Source of the DNA: a virus
Lineage: Duplodnaviria; Caudoviricetes
IMG/VR virus record: IMGVR_UViG_3300006922_000005
Length of the DNA: 64,000 nt
Reading direction: 5' to 3' (one strand)
The notes under the pieces were generated by a model. The model made no database searches. It had not been told where the DNA came from and saw nothing but the letters and a program-made list of their open reading frames with translations. Positions 37,693-47,847 of the stretch are shown piece by piece. The first letter of the stretch is position 1. The number at the start of each line of letters is the position of its first letter. The position numbers and the translations under genes are program-made.

Positions 37693-38853
37693 TTATTTGG
37701 CAGTTGGATTAACTTGGAAGAATGTGTCTGTTCCTTGTGTAGGAATAATTGCTGGTAGCGATTTTTTGATTGATGCACCAGTCATTAACTTAACCATGCT
37801 TTCGCCTGATGAAGCAGTTATCATTGAGCGGTTCCCAACAACTAAACTAGAAGCAGTTCGCCATGCTCCGCCCATATCATGATGTTCTTTGTACCAGTCA
37901 AAGTTTGCTTGAACATATGCATTAAGTACTTTGTCTGGACTTACATTAGGTGTTTGAAAAACACTTGTAATTTTATCTCCGTAAGTTTGGAATCTTTGTT
38001 GGAAGATAGCATTACCTAATGCTTGTCTTTCTTGTGTTGACATATCTAAATGATTTATTACTCTTACAAAATCAACTACGTTAATACTTTTTTGTGGCTT
38101 GTCTATAGTTCTTAGTTTACTTGCTTTGAAACCTTCCATGTCTTGTAGTCCACCGCTTTGGTAATCGCTAATGGCTTGTGATACTGTAGGGAACTTTTGT
38201 AGTACATCAAGAACATCACGTGTACTAACACCACCTTCTCCTAGTCTACCTGAGCCTGTAGGACCTTTTGAAGTGTTACTAATATTTTCTGAGTGTGCAA
38301 CTTTTAATTCTACTGGAACACCTGATGCTGATCCATCTGGATTTCTACCAGTTGTTACCATTAAATCACCTGTACCTTGTTGCGTTATATTTTGACTTAG
38401 AATAGCAAACGCATGTTCGCCTTTACCTGCTCTTTTTTGACCTAACCCAAATTTAATAAACTCCATAAACATTATTTCGTTTACTTTGTCTCCGTAAAAT
38501 AAATCATCAAAATTGTAGTGTCCGTCTTTTAAGAAACAAGCATGATTAACACATTTGTTCTTTTCAAAGTTATCTAAGAACTTGTTCTTTTGTGCAATAC
38601 TTAAACCGTTAGCACCTGCCATCTTTTCAGATATAAGTTGAATAGTTTTTTCACCATACTCGCCTGCTAACTCTTTACTGATCTTAGGAAAGATTCTGTC
38701 AACAACATTTGTTTTGTGTAGTAGTGTGTATACACGATCTAATAATTTAACTTGTTCTTCGTCATTAGGATCAAGATCCTTGACTCTATCAAAGATGTCT
38801 TGCTTTGCCGCTTCTGGATCGGTATACTCTCGTAAGAATTCTAATGCTCTCAT
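37693..38853 (-). CDS. Hypothetical late protein, possible PD-(D/E)xK nuclease fold
   Basis: GKGE...GDL...VELK; TAAATA-N5-ATG. Confidence 0.5.
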   Translation of the reverse strand: MRALEFLREYTDPEAAKQDIFDRVKDLDPNDEEQVKLLDRVYTLLHKTNVVDRIFPKISKELAGEYGEKTIQLISEKMAGANGLSIAQKNKFLDNFEKNKCVNHACFLKDGHYNFDDLFYGDKVNEIMFMEFIKFGLGQKRAGKGEHAFAILSQNITQQGTGDLMVTTGRNPDGSASGVPVELKVAHSENISNTSKGPTGSGRLGEGGVSTRDVLDVLQKFPTVSQAISDYQSGGLQDMEGFKASKLRTIDKPQKSINVVDFVRVINHLDMSTQERQALGNAIFQQRFQTYGDKITSVFQTPNVSPDKVLNAYVQANFDWYKEHHDMGGAWRTASSLVVGNRSMITASSGESMVKLMTGASIKKSLPAIIPTQGTDTFFQVNPTAK

Positions 38854-38861
38854 AGCAATAT

Positions 38862-39569
38862 TTATACCTTTTTTGGAAATAGCATATCAGTACAAAAACG
38901 CTCTACATCTGCTTCATTAAGTCCTAATGACTTCATTACTTTAGGTGTATGTGGGTTTTGTTGCTGATTGTGACAGTACCAGTTTTGTCCTTCAAGTACT
39001 GTGTTGCGATCGCCCGTGTTATTATGATCACCAATTGATTCAAGGTATACTTTTAAATTATTTTGTGCTAGGTCAATAATAGTGTCTGCTTCGTCCATAT
39101 CACTTACATTACCTGCCGCTACCATAGAGCCTGAAAATATATTAGTTGCCCATTCTGGTAATTCACGTTTTTTGCTAGGAACATATTCACTTACAGTATC
39201 TTCAAACCATTCTACCATATTATGATCAGCACCTTGCCCATTAGGTCCACCTAGTGGACTATAGTCATGAAATGCACCTGTCATTTTGTTTTTACCTGCA
39301 ATAACATCAAATCCGTAAATAGGACCATTGTTATGTAACTGCGGAAAAATACAAACGTGCATCATCCATAAGCCTTTTGTAGTAGTAGCATCTACGACAT
39401 CAATGTGTGCTCTACGAATGTTATTGTTTTGCCACACACGATTAATCCAACCGTTGTCAGGTTGATTAAAATAGTCTAATCCATCTTCAGCATATTCTGT
39501 TCCATACTCATCGAACATATCAATAATGTTGAATTTGCAATCATTAAGTTTATTCCAAAGTTCACTCAC
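38862..39569 (-). CDS. pcyX: Ferredoxin-dependent bilin reductase (PcyA/PcyX-type)
   Basis: RRAHID, MMHVCIFP, GFDVIAG, AFHDYSP, QQQNPHT; Asp where cyanobacterial PcyA has Glu76; coupled to heme oxygenase. Confidence 0.8.
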   Translation of the reverse strand: MSELWNKLNDCKFNIIDMFDEYGTEYAEDGLDYFNQPDNGWINRVWQNNNIRRAHIDVVDATTTKGLWMMHVCIFPQLHNNGPIYGFDVIAGKNKMTGAFHDYSPLGGPNGQGADHNMVEWFEDTVSEYVPSKKRELPEWATNIFSGSMVAAGNVSDMDEADTIIDLAQNNLKVYLESIGDHNNTGDRNTVLEGQNWYCHNQQQNPHTPKVMKSLGLNEADVERFCTDMLFPKKV

Positions 39570-40101
39570 TGCTTAAATCCTTGAATAGTTCTGTGGCAAA
39601 CTGAAAGCATTTGATTGCTTCGTCAACATATAGGTCTTCTTTACCTTCTAGTCTACTGCGTACTTCAGCAATAAGTTCTTTTTCATTACCGTTAAATTTA
39701 TAGTATTTTCCATCGCCGGGTACACGTTTAGCAATTATTTGTCCGCCATGTAAATCACCAAAGTGTCTAACATATATGTGAGCAAGTAATTGTTCTGGAT
39801 CATATTCGTGTAGTTTATATAGATGTTCTTTGTAGTCTACTGCACTACCTTTTATAGTAAAGTTTCCGCCAAGTTGATTAAAGTCTTCTTTGATTGCTTC
39901 TGCTCTACATATACCTTCAATACCTTTAAGAATGCCAGCATGTCCTGCCCATTCTTCAAGTGCTTCGTAAACAAACAATTGATTGTATAGATACTCTGCG
40001 TACTGTGATTCTGTAAGTTGTCCTTTGAGAAGTTTACGTGCAAAGTCGCTACGTTCTGCAGATTTATGAAATTCCCAGGTTAATTCTTTAAGTGTTGCCA
40101 T
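39562..40101 (-). CDS. hemO: Heme oxygenase
   Basis: Proximal His (EFHKSAE), HIYVRHFGDLHGGQ, FY-type loop, EA..CF. Confidence 0.9.
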   Translation of the reverse strand: MATLKELTWEFHKSAERSDFARKLLKGQLTESQYAEYLYNQLFVYEALEEWAGHAGILKGIEGICRAEAIKEDFNQLGGNFTIKGSAVDYKEHLYKLHEYDPEQLLAHIYVRHFGDLHGGQIIAKRVPGDGKYYKFNGNEKELIAEVRSRLEGKEDLYVDEAIKCFQFATELFKDLSSE

Positions 40102-40109
40102 ATTGATAT

Positions 40110-40727
40110 TTACTCAGAAAAGTTTACATTGCCACTAACAGTGATTCTATAATCATCGCTAGTGTAAAAAGGATATACTGTGTGCGGCATTGCACTAGGA
40201 AAAATACAAATCTTTCCATTAAATGTTTTGTCTACAGGAATAGGCACTGTAGTATGTTCGCCTAGTGTATTTCTAAAGGCAAACTCAAAGTGTCCTGCAA
40301 GATTGTTGTTGCTTTGTTTTCCTGGACCAGTTGCTAACTCGTCATTTATACTATACGGTATATCTAACCATATAACAAAACTAAAAAGTCCTGTATGATT
40401 ATGAACAGGATTAAATTCGTATTTCTTTTGAAAGTTAATCCAAAAGTCTTTTAATATAATTTGCGACTGTCTTACTAACTGTGGTTTGTATGCAGGATAG
40501 TTGTCTTTGTAAAACTTACAAGCATTTAATATAAACGGCTCGCATTGTGCTTTGATATCTGCTAAGTCAAATTCATTTTCAATATTACCAGCAAGATTTT
40601 TATTGTAGTCAGTGCCACTAGTAAAGTTTTGTTTTAAACTATTTGATTTTTGCCTAAGGATATCTAAAACGTTTGGATCAACGTCAGCAATTACATATCC
40701 AATATTGGCAAATTGATAGGCATCCAT
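40110..40727 (-). CDS. 2OG-Fe(II) oxygenase-like protein
   Basis: WINFQKKYEFNPVHNH, FPS...H.V.PF...RITVSGN. Confidence 0.8.
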   Translation of the reverse strand: MDAYQFANIGYVIADVDPNVLDILRQKSNSLKQNFTSGTDYNKNLAGNIENEFDLADIKAQCEPFILNACKFYKDNYPAYKPQLVRQSQIILKDFWINFQKKYEFNPVHNHTGLFSFVIWLDIPYSINDELATGPGKQSNNNLAGHFEFAFRNTLGEHTTVPIPVDKTFNGKICIFPSAMPHTVYPFYTSDDYRITVSGNVNFSE

Positions 40728-41032
40728 TATGCAAGATCTACTTTGACCTGAAGTGGATAACCGCTTTCTCTTGCTAGTACACTTGTTTCTACACCTTTTT
40801 GTTCTGCAATTTCATATGTGTAGATTCCTGCAACACCTTGTCCATTTTGATGGATCTGTTGCATTATTGCTTCTGCTCTATCTATATTATGTTTAAAGAT
40901 TTCCTTTAGTACTTGAACAACAAAGTCCATAGGAGTTACATTGTCATTAAAAAATGTAACCTTGTACATGCCAGGTTCTTTAATAGCAGATATTTGTTTT
41001 TCTTTTGTTACTGTATCTGTATGAGTAGTCAT
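40727..41032 (-). CDS. clpS: N-degron adaptor ClpS
   Basis: YKVTFFNDNVTPMDFVV, IH.NG.G.AG.Y..EIAE.K, YPL. Confidence 0.92.
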   Translation of the reverse strand: MTTHTDTVTKEKQISAIKEPGMYKVTFFNDNVTPMDFVVQVLKEIFKHNIDRAEAIMQQIHQNGQGVAGIYTYEIAEQKGVETSVLARESGYPLQVKVDLA

Positions 41033-41100
41033 AATAATTACCTTTAACCCTTTTTAATATTTATAGTATATAATACACTAGATTAATTAATAATGCAAGA

Positions 41101-41126
41101 AGGGAGAGTGCCAAAACACTCCCCCT
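41101..41126 (-). terminator. Intrinsic terminator after hsp20
   Basis: 10-bp stem AGGGGGAGTG/CACTCTCCCT (G-U only on minus strand) followed by TCTT. Confidence 0.65.
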
Positions 41127-41139
41127 ATATTGCTGTGTA

Positions 41140-41577
41140 TTACTTAGGACTATTAATCTTAATAGTCTTTGGCTTTAGTGCTTCTGGTACTTCACGTACT
41201 AAATGCACATTCAGCATACCTAGTTCAAGATTAGCATCTGCTACTTTAACATGGTCAGCGAGTGTAAACTCTCTACGGAAGTTGCGTCCGCCAATACCCT
41301 TGTGTAGGTAGTTGACATCTTCATCTCCTTTTGGAGCAGTTCCTTCGATTTTCAATTGATCACCATCTGTGGTAATTGAAAGGTTGTCCATACCAAAGCC
41401 TGCAACTGCTAATGAGATCATATACTCATCATCGTTGATTTGTGCTATATTGTATGGGGGATACCCGTTTCCGTTTGGACTATTTGCGAACTGTCTTTCC
41501 ATTTCGTTAAACAGTCTATCAAAGCCAATTGTGGCTCTTTGGAAGTTAGGTAGGTCTAGAGTTGTTAGTCTTGTCAT
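41140..41577 (-). CDS. ibpA: Small heat shock protein (IbpA/Hsp20)
   Basis: GFDRLF, YPPYNI, LAVAGF, YLHKGI..RNF.R.F, GMLNVHL. Confidence 0.93.
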   Translation of the reverse strand: MTRLTTLDLPNFQRATIGFDRLFNEMERQFANSPNGNGYPPYNIAQINDDEYMISLAVAGFGMDNLSITTDGDQLKIEGTAPKGDEDVNYLHKGIGGRNFRREFTLADHVKVADANLELGMLNVHLVREVPEALKPKTIKINSPK

Positions 41578-41628
41578 ATTATTTCTCCTTTATTAAGCAA
41601 GATTAATTGTTGTACCCTTTCGGCGTAC
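41575..41628 (-). promoter_or_regulatory. ROSE-like RNA thermometer leader of hsp20
   Basis: GTACGCC-GAAA-GGGTAC hairpin, then CTTGCT opposite the AAGGAG SD. Confidence 0.6.
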
Positions 41629-41633
41629 ACTTT

Positions 41634-41641
41634 TATTTATA
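41634..41641 (-). promoter_or_regulatory. T4-type late promoter TATAAATA
   Basis: Exact TATAAATA; predicted +1 coincides with the first base of the leader hairpin. Confidence 0.65.
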
Positions 41642-41760
41642 ACAGTTTTATCTGTTACATATATTATATAAGCATTAATAGTAAAAAGTCAAGTCTTTTT
41701 GGAAATATTTTTAGATCAAACAAGCATGATAAATAATATACGTACATAATAGGATATAAC

Positions 41761-42051
41761 ATGGATACAAACAAAAGATTAGATTTGTTAGAGAAAAAGA
41801 TCGATTTGATTATGGATACGCTGAATATTACTTTGGAAAGCAAACCAGTAGCAACAGCATCTATACCAGTTATTGATGATTCAAATGTTAGACTTGAGAT
41901 TCAAAAACTTAAGAACGAAATTAAAGTTCTTAAAATTAGGTTTAGAAAGTTACCTATGCAAAGTCCTCTAAGACAGGAAATGCTAGACAACATTGAAAAG
42001 TTAATGCAACATCAAGCAGACTTAGAAACAGAACTAAATGCAACACATTGA
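41761..42051 (+). CDS. Coiled-coil hypothetical protein
   Basis: AGGA SD; overlaps hemA start. Confidence 0.6.
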   Translation: MDTNKRLDLLEKKIDLIMDTLNITLESKPVATASIPVIDDSNVRLEIQKLKNEIKVLKIRFRKLPMQSPLRQEMLDNIEKLMQHQADLETELNATH

Positions 42052-43228
42052 TAAATTTGAACAGGCGATACTAAACCTTAAAGAAGAGGGCAGGTATCGT
42101 GTGTTCAACGATATTCTAAGAGAGTGTGGGGATTTTCCTAAAGCAATTTGGTATTCAAAATATGCTGTTACAAAGATTGTTAATTGGTGTTCTAACGATT
42201 ACTTAGGTATGGGTCAACATCAATTTGTTTTAGATGCAATGAAAACAGCATTAGAAACAGCAGGTGCAGGTAGTGGTGGTACTAGAAACATTAGTGGTAC
42301 AACTCATTATCATGTTGCACTTGAACTAGAACTAGCACGTTTACACAACAAAGAATCAGCACTATTATTCACTAGTGCCTTTAATGCAAACGAAACTACA
42401 TTAGAAACTATTGCAAAAATTATCCCAGACATTACATTTATTAGTGACAGTAACAATCATAGTTCATTAATACAAGGTATAAGACACAGTGGTGCTAAAA
42501 AAATTATTTGGACACACAATGATTTAGAAGAATTAGAATTAAAACTAAAACAGATTTCAGGACCTAAAATGGTTGTATTTGAATCTGTTTATAGTATGGA
42601 CGGAGACATAGCACCAGTAGGTGATATTGTTAAACTATGTAAAAAGTACAAAGCAATAAGTTACATAGACGAAGTACATGCTGTAGGATTATATGGACCA
42701 AACGGTGGAGGTGTGTGCGAAGAAAGAAATGTACACCCTGATATAATCAATGGTACTCTAGCCAAAGCATATGGAGTACAAGGCGGATATATTGCCGCTG
42801 ACAAAACATTTATAGATGCAATACGAAGTTACGCACCTGCATTTATATTTACAACATCAATGAGTCCTGTTTTATGTGCAGGTGCATTAGCATCAGTAAA
42901 GTATGTAAAAGAACATAAAGAACTTAGAATGATGTTGCAAGTAAAGTCGGAAGAACTAAAAAGAAAGTTTATAGACAAAGGTATTCCGATACTTGAAAAT
43001 AATAGCCATATTGTTCCAGTTATGATTAAAGACCCTGTAAAGTGCAAACAAATATCAGATGATTTATTATACAAAGACGGAATATATGTGCAACCAATAA
43101 ATTATCCTACTGTTGAAAAAGGCACAGAACGTTTAAGGTTTTGTCCTGGACCTAATCACTCATCAGGAATGATGGATGAACTTGTGGATAAATTACTTAC
43201 AGTGTTAGAAAGGCACAAAATAATATGA
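42038..43228 (+). CDS. hemA: 5-aminolevulinate synthase (C4/Shemin pathway)
   Basis: [53 protein letters not shown] (PLP Lys), [14 protein letters not shown]. Confidence 0.95.
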   Translation: MQHIDKFEQAILNLKEEGRYRVFNDILRECGDFPKAIWYSKYAVTKIVNWCSNDYLGMGQHQFVLDAMKTALETAGAGSGGTRNISGTTHYHVALELELARLHNKESALLFTSAFNANETTLETIAKIIPDITFISDSNNHSSLIQGIRHSGAKKIIWTHNDLEELELKLKQISGPKMVVFESVYSMDGDIAPVGDIVKLCKKYKAISYIDEVHAVGLYGPNGGGVCEERNVHPDIINGTLAKAYGVQGGYIAADKTFIDAIRSYAPAFIFTTSMSPVLCAGALASVKYVKEHKELRMMLQVKSEELKRKFIDKGIPILENNSHIVPVMIKDPVKCKQISDDLLYKDGIYVQPINYPTVEKGTERLRFCPGPNHSSGMMDELVDKLLTVLERHKII

Positions 43229-43644
43229 ATAAAATAAAAAAATATATGTATCAGGCAATTGGTTTTTTATGTGTTGGTCTAGCCTATATCGGAGTAGTGA
43301 CACCCGGAATACCTTTTTCAATCTTCCTTGTAATTGCGGCATGGGCATTTGCAAAGAGTTCACCAAAAATGGAGGCTTGGTTATACAACCACCCATGGTT
43401 TGGTAAATTCCTAACTAACTGGAATAAGAAAAGAGTATTTCCTACAAAAGGAAAATACGCAATGGTAATTGTAATGGCTTCTACACTTGCGTTTACTTTT
43501 TACGCAACAGGCAACTTAAAAGCAGTTGCGTGGAGTGGTGCATTTATGTTAGGTGTAGCAATATGGGCATGGAGATATCCTGGTTCAGTTGAAGAACACA
43601 AACGTAGAGTTGATGCAGGACAAAGAGTTGCATGGCTGAAATAG
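43225..43644 (+). CDS. YbaN/DUF454-family inner membrane protein
   Basis: G...[11 protein letters not shown]...[11 protein letters not shown]...WL..HP.FG. Confidence 0.8.
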   Translation: MNKIKKYMYQAIGFLCVGLAYIGVVTPGIPFSIFLVIAAWAFAKSSPKMEAWLYNHPWFGKFLTNWNKKRVFPTKGKYAMVIVMASTLAFTFYATGNLKAVAWSGAFMLGVAIWAWRYPGSVEEHKRRVDAGQRVAWLK

Positions 43645-43829
43645 ATTATACAGATACAGATGGTTTGCAAGTGTTATGGCATTTGCTAACCACTGAGCCG
43701 TTCTTTTGGGTAATACTTTCCATTGGCTTTGTAGCAATACTATTAAGTTGGTGGGCAGAAAGACTACAAGACAAAGACGACGATCATGTTGTCCAATACT
43801 ATGATGACAACCATCATATTAATCGTTAA
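43632..43829 (+). CDS. Small single-TM protein
   Basis: Hydrophobic helix; overlaps ybaN-like gene end. Confidence 0.5.
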   Translation: MAEIDYTDTDGLQVLWHLLTTEPFFWVILSIGFVAILLSWWAERLQDKDDDHVVQYYDDNHHINR

Positions 43830-43840
43830 GGAAATATAAA

Positions 43841-44398
43841 TTGATAGATGTACAATTAACTAAAAAGCCAATACTATTAGATCCATTTTTACCCGAAGAA
43901 TGGTTACACATACGTATTAAGAAAGAAGTTCTTAATCAAGGGTTTCCGTGGCACTATCCAGGCATTGCAGTTATTGATGATCCAGATCCTTATGCAACAT
44001 GCTTCGCTACACAATTTTATGATAAACCTACAGGTGACGACAAATGGTATCTAGCACCAAGTCTTACTCATGCGTTTGATAGTTTTGCATGGCACAATCA
44101 AAGTTGGTTGCAAATCGATCATTTGATGAGATGTAGAGCAAACATGTATGCTCCAGGACAAGTAACAAGTCCACACATTGATAATGAAAATGAAAATCGT
44201 TGGAGTTTGTTATACTATCTAAATGATGCTGACGGTGGTACAGTTATTGACGGAACTGAATATCATCATAAAGAAAACACTGCGGTATTTTTTGATGCAA
44301 GATTAAATCACTATCCAATTAAATCTACAACGCCCAGCCGAGTCAGTGTAAACTGGATTATGGCCGGACGTTATAAACAAGATACAGTTAAAATCTAA
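43841..44398 (+). CDS. 2OG-Fe(II) oxygenase-like protein
   Basis: RCRANMY, PHID, LYYLNDADGGT, H......RVSVN. Confidence 0.8.
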   Translation: MIDVQLTKKPILLDPFLPEEWLHIRIKKEVLNQGFPWHYPGIAVIDDPDPYATCFATQFYDKPTGDDKWYLAPSLTHAFDSFAWHNQSWLQIDHLMRCRANMYAPGQVTSPHIDNENENRWSLLYYLNDADGGTVIDGTEYHHKENTAVFFDARLNHYPIKSTTPSRVSVNWIMAGRYKQDTVKI

Positions 44399-44948
44399 AT
44401 CCTAAACTAGTACCAAACAGCATGTCTGTTTTATTAAAGTCTTTATCACTATCTCGTTGCACAAACATATTAAGTTGTGCTTTTGTACCTAGTGGAAACT
44501 TATAGCCTAGTTTAGTTTGATATTCATCTACACTTAAATCATTACTATAACCACTGCCTAGCCTAAGCATTGGATTAACTTCTAAGTACATACCTTTTAC
44601 TCTTAACCCTATTGCAGATCTTACTCTCCAATAGTCGTTGCGTGTACCTTCGTAGTAACGATATTCAACTCGAGGCTTTATGTAAACTAAACCGTTATCA
44701 TATAGTTTGTAGTCTATACGTGGACGATGTTCAGTTTTACTTCCGTTTTCATCATACCTATATGCAAACTTCCATTTGCCTACATACTTTTCTATTTGTA
44801 TATGAGAACGCTCACTACTAGTATATTGTCTTGTTTCTATACCATAGTTTGAGTTTTGTATTTTTAGTGTGAATTGATTGCTATCGAAATCATCCGCCCA
44901 TGCTAACATAGGGAAACATAAAATTAATGTTGTGAGAATTTTTTTCAT
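44388..44948 (-). CDS. Outer-membrane beta-barrel-like protein
   Basis: Signal peptide AWA; alternating aromatic beta-strands; C-terminal Phe (GFRF). Confidence 0.7.
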   Translation of the reverse strand: MKKILTTLILCFPMLAWADDFDSNQFTLKIQNSNYGIETRQYTSSERSHIQIEKYVGKWKFAYRYDENGSKTEHRPRIDYKLYDNGLVYIKPRVEYRYYEGTRNDYWRVRSAIGLRVKGMYLEVNPMLRLGSGYSNDLSVDEYQTKLGYKFPLGTKAQLNMFVQRDSDKDFNKTDMLFGTSLGFRF

Positions 44949-44994
44949 TTGATTGATCGGGCGAAATTATTAGCCTCGCCCGATACCTAAGTTT

Positions 44995-46044
44995 TTAAAT
45001 TATTAGTGTAAGTGCACCTGCACCTAAGAGTAATGCTATCCATGCACCTAGTGCATTTAAGTATTTCTTCCAAGGTGTGCCAAAGTATAGTTTACCAATT
45101 GCCATGCATTTGTGCATAGGTGATATTAAGTATCCTGCATAATCTAATGCAAAGAACCATACAAAATATTCAACTCCGTATACTAAAGATAGTATAGTAG
45201 TAATAGCGGCAAATCTGCTACTTGAACCAAACAAGAATGCTGATCCAAATGCTAACGCACTTATGATACTAAATCCTGTTATTGTATTAATATCAAATGC
45301 AGTATTTTCAAGATATGCTTTGATGTCATTAGTATTCTCTCTAGTAAAGTTTGCAACTACAATGATAACTGCTACCCAAGCAAGTAACTTAAAATCTACA
45401 AAGCCTAGTAACTTTTTATAATCCCATGTTAACGTAAGAATCATATAGTAAAATAGTAATGCACCAAACACTAACCACGGGTCTAACCCTCCAATAGGTT
45501 TAAGTGCTAGAACAATAGCAACTAAAAACGGAAACACATTTCTAATAACGTTTGATACTTTAAAATGTTTATTCTGTGTGTTAAGTTCAATGTCATCTTC
45601 TTTTACAAAGAAAGTAATATATGTAAACACTACTCCTAGTGATACAATTAATAGAGGCAGTAGTTTGAACACAACTGCTCCGTATCCAATACTAAATGCG
45701 GCCATAGGAATAAGAATAGTCTTTTCCAATGGTGACCAAACATAATAGTGGTGAGTTGATAGATAGTCGATAATGCCAAACTTCTCTCGTCCTTTTGATC
45801 CTTTCGGAGGAGCGAGGGTGTCTAACATACCAGCCGAAACTGTTACTCGACCTGATATGGGAAGTATACCAGTAAACGCACTCATTAGTGCAACAATTAC
45901 ACGTTTTGATTTAAACACTTTTTGTATGTAGGCATAAGCACCTGCAAACAAATTATGTTCTTTTATCAAACCCGCAATCATCATAATGAACGCAATAAAC
46001 AGTAGGTATTCTTGCCCCTTGTACAGCAAGTTTATATTTTCCAA
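44995..46044 (-). CDS. Multi-pass membrane transporter (IT-superfamily-like)
   Basis: About ten TM helices; GILPISG and ISPMHKC motifs; AGGAG SD with TTG start. Confidence 0.65.
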   Translation of the reverse strand: MENINLLYKGQEYLLFIAFIMMIAGLIKEHNLFAGAYAYIQKVFKSKRVIVALMSAFTGILPISGRVTVSAGMLDTLAPPKGSKGREKFGIIDYLSTHHYYVWSPLEKTILIPMAAFSIGYGAVVFKLLPLLIVSLGVVFTYITFFVKEDDIELNTQNKHFKVSNVIRNVFPFLVAIVLALKPIGGLDPWLVFGALLFYYMILTLTWDYKKLLGFVDFKLLAWVAVIIVVANFTRENTNDIKAYLENTAFDINTITGFSIISALAFGSAFLFGSSSRFAAITTILSLVYGVEYFVWFFALDYAGYLISPMHKCMAIGKLYFGTPWKKYLNALGAWIALLLGAGALTLII

Positions 46045-46093
46045 GGTAATTTCTCCTGTTGTTTAATGCTTCGATGTAATCTTAGCGGTCGTT

Positions 46094-46130
46094 AAAAAAC
46101 TGTTAGAAACACTATGCCTCTAACAGTTTT
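46094..46130 (-). terminator. Terminator hairpin after peroxiredoxin
   Basis: 12-bp inverted repeat AAAACTGTTAGA/TCTAACAGTTTT with U-tract. Confidence 0.65.
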
Positions 46131-46158
46131 ATTTAAGTTAATGCTAATTGTGTGATAC

Positions 46159-46713
46159 TTACTCTGGTGTTGATGCAGTCTGTAAGTAAGTCATCATATT
46201 TTCTGGAGTAGTTTCAATGTATGGATCAGCATCTGAACCTTCATTGTTAATACCTGGCTCTTGCCACCATTGTTCTACAACGCCGTCATTAATAACAGCC
46301 ATGTAACGCCAACTACGCATTCCGAATCCTACATGATTCTTGCCAATAAGCATACCCATGTAACGTGTAAAGTTTCCACTACCATCTGGAATAACTTTTA
46401 CATTATTAACTTTAAGTATCTCAGCCCATGCATTCATTACAAATGTGTCATTAACTGAACAACAATATACTTCATCAATACCTAATGATTTAATAGTATT
46501 ATAATTTTCTTCAAAACTTGGTAATTGTGTTGATGTACATGTTGGTGTAAACGCACCTGGTAAACTAAACAACACAACACGTTTACCTTTGAAGTAGTCA
46601 TCTGATGTCATTGTTGTCCACATACCTTCATCAAAACTGCAACCGTCATCTAAGACTGAATCGCCAGTTCTAATTCGGAACGTTGTATTTGGGATTTCAA
46701 ATCCTTTAATCAT
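46159..46713 (-). CDS. Peroxiredoxin (Prx5-type)
   Basis: FSLPGAFTPTC, SVND.FVM.AW, DGSG.FT, RSWRY. Confidence 0.92.
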   Translation of the reverse strand: MIKGFEIPNTTFRIRTGDSVLDDGCSFDEGMWTTMTSDDYFKGKRVVLFSLPGAFTPTCTSTQLPSFEENYNTIKSLGIDEVYCCSVNDTFVMNAWAEILKVNNVKVIPDGSGNFTRYMGMLIGKNHVGFGMRSWRYMAVINDGVVEQWWQEPGINNEGSDADPYIETTPENMMTYLQTASTPE

Positions 46714-46725
46714 TGTTTTTCCTTA

Positions 46726-47847
46726 TTAGTTATTAGCATAAACACTATTAAACTGTTGTGTACACCTAATAAACGTTGTACAACGCATTAAGTGTTTAAG
46801 TCTAATAGCACCTGCATATGTACAAGTACTACGCAATCCGCCTAGTAAATCTTGTACTGTAGCCGCAACATCGCCCCTATAAGGAACAAACACTTCACGG
46901 CCTTCTGATGAACGATAATCTTTCAATCCACCAAAATGCTTTTTATTTGCGGCATCACTACTCATGCCATAAAATTGTACAAACTGCTTTTGTTCGTAAT
47001 GTGGCATGTAGTTGCCATTGTCTAAAAGAGTTGCTTCTTTTGAAAGATAGTGTTTAGTAATTACTTCACCACCACCTTGGTCGTGTCCGGCGAGCATACC
47101 TCCTAGCATTACAAAGTCAGCACCTCCAGCAAACGCTTTAGCAACATCGCCAGGACAAGTACAACCGCCATCAGCGATAATATGTCCACCAAGGCCATGT
47201 GCCGCGTCGGCGCATTCCATGACTGCGGATAACTGCGGATATCCAACACCAGTCTGTATCCTAGTAGTACAAACACTACCAGGCCCAATCCCAACTTTAA
47301 CAATATCTGCTCCTGCAAGAATTAACTCCTCTGTCATTTCACCTGTTACAACGTTACCTGCTATAATTACTAGATTTGGATATAGTGTTCTAAATTCTGC
47401 TACTGTATCTCTAAAGCGACTGCTATAACCGTTTGCAACATCAATACAAACATACTTTAGTCTACTGCCTGTTTGCTCATATACATCTCTAAACTTTGCA
47501 TGGTCGGCATCTGTAATACCAATACTCATTGCAACATAGTCTGTACGTTCCGGTATGTCACTATCAAAATAATTAACTAATTCGTTTATACTATAAGTTT
47601 TAACTAAACAAGTAAAGATTTTACCTTCAGCAAGTTTGTCTGCCATTTCAAATGTGCCAACACCGTCCATGTTAGCCGCCATAATAGGTGTGCCACGATA
47701 GTGTCTATATTCTGTTTTATCGCCTTTGTAGTTACGGAATGTAAATCCTCTTTCTAGATCAACTTCTTTACGACTACCTAGTGTACTACGTTTAGGACGA
47801 ATGAGTACGTCTTTGTAGTCTAGTTTAGTATCTTCTTCAATTCGCAT
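46726..47847 (-). CDS. guaC: GMP reductase
   Basis: [46 protein letters not shown]. Confidence 0.93.
   Translation of the reverse strand: MRIEEDTKLDYKDVLIRPKRSTLGSRKEVDLERGFTFRNYKGDKTEYRHYRGTPIMAANMDGVGTFEMADKLAEGKIFTCLVKTYSINELVNYFDSDIPERTDYVAMSIGITDADHAKFRDVYEQTGSRLKYVCIDVANGYSSRFRDTVAEFRTLYPNLVIIAGNVVTGEMTEELILAGADIVKVGIGPGSVCTTRIQTGVGYPQLSAVMECADAAHGLGGHIIADGGCTCPGDVAKAFAGGADFVMLGGMLAGHDQGGGEVITKHYLSKEATLLDNGNYMPHYEQKQFVQFYGMSSDAANKKHFGGLKDYRSSEGREVFVPYRGDVAATVQDLLGGLRSTCTYAGAIRLKHLMRCTTFIRCTQQFNSVYANN

Noticed and set aside
46045-46095. Riboswitch in the transporter leader
   Set aside because: No recognisable aptamer consensus or stable alternative stems by eye.
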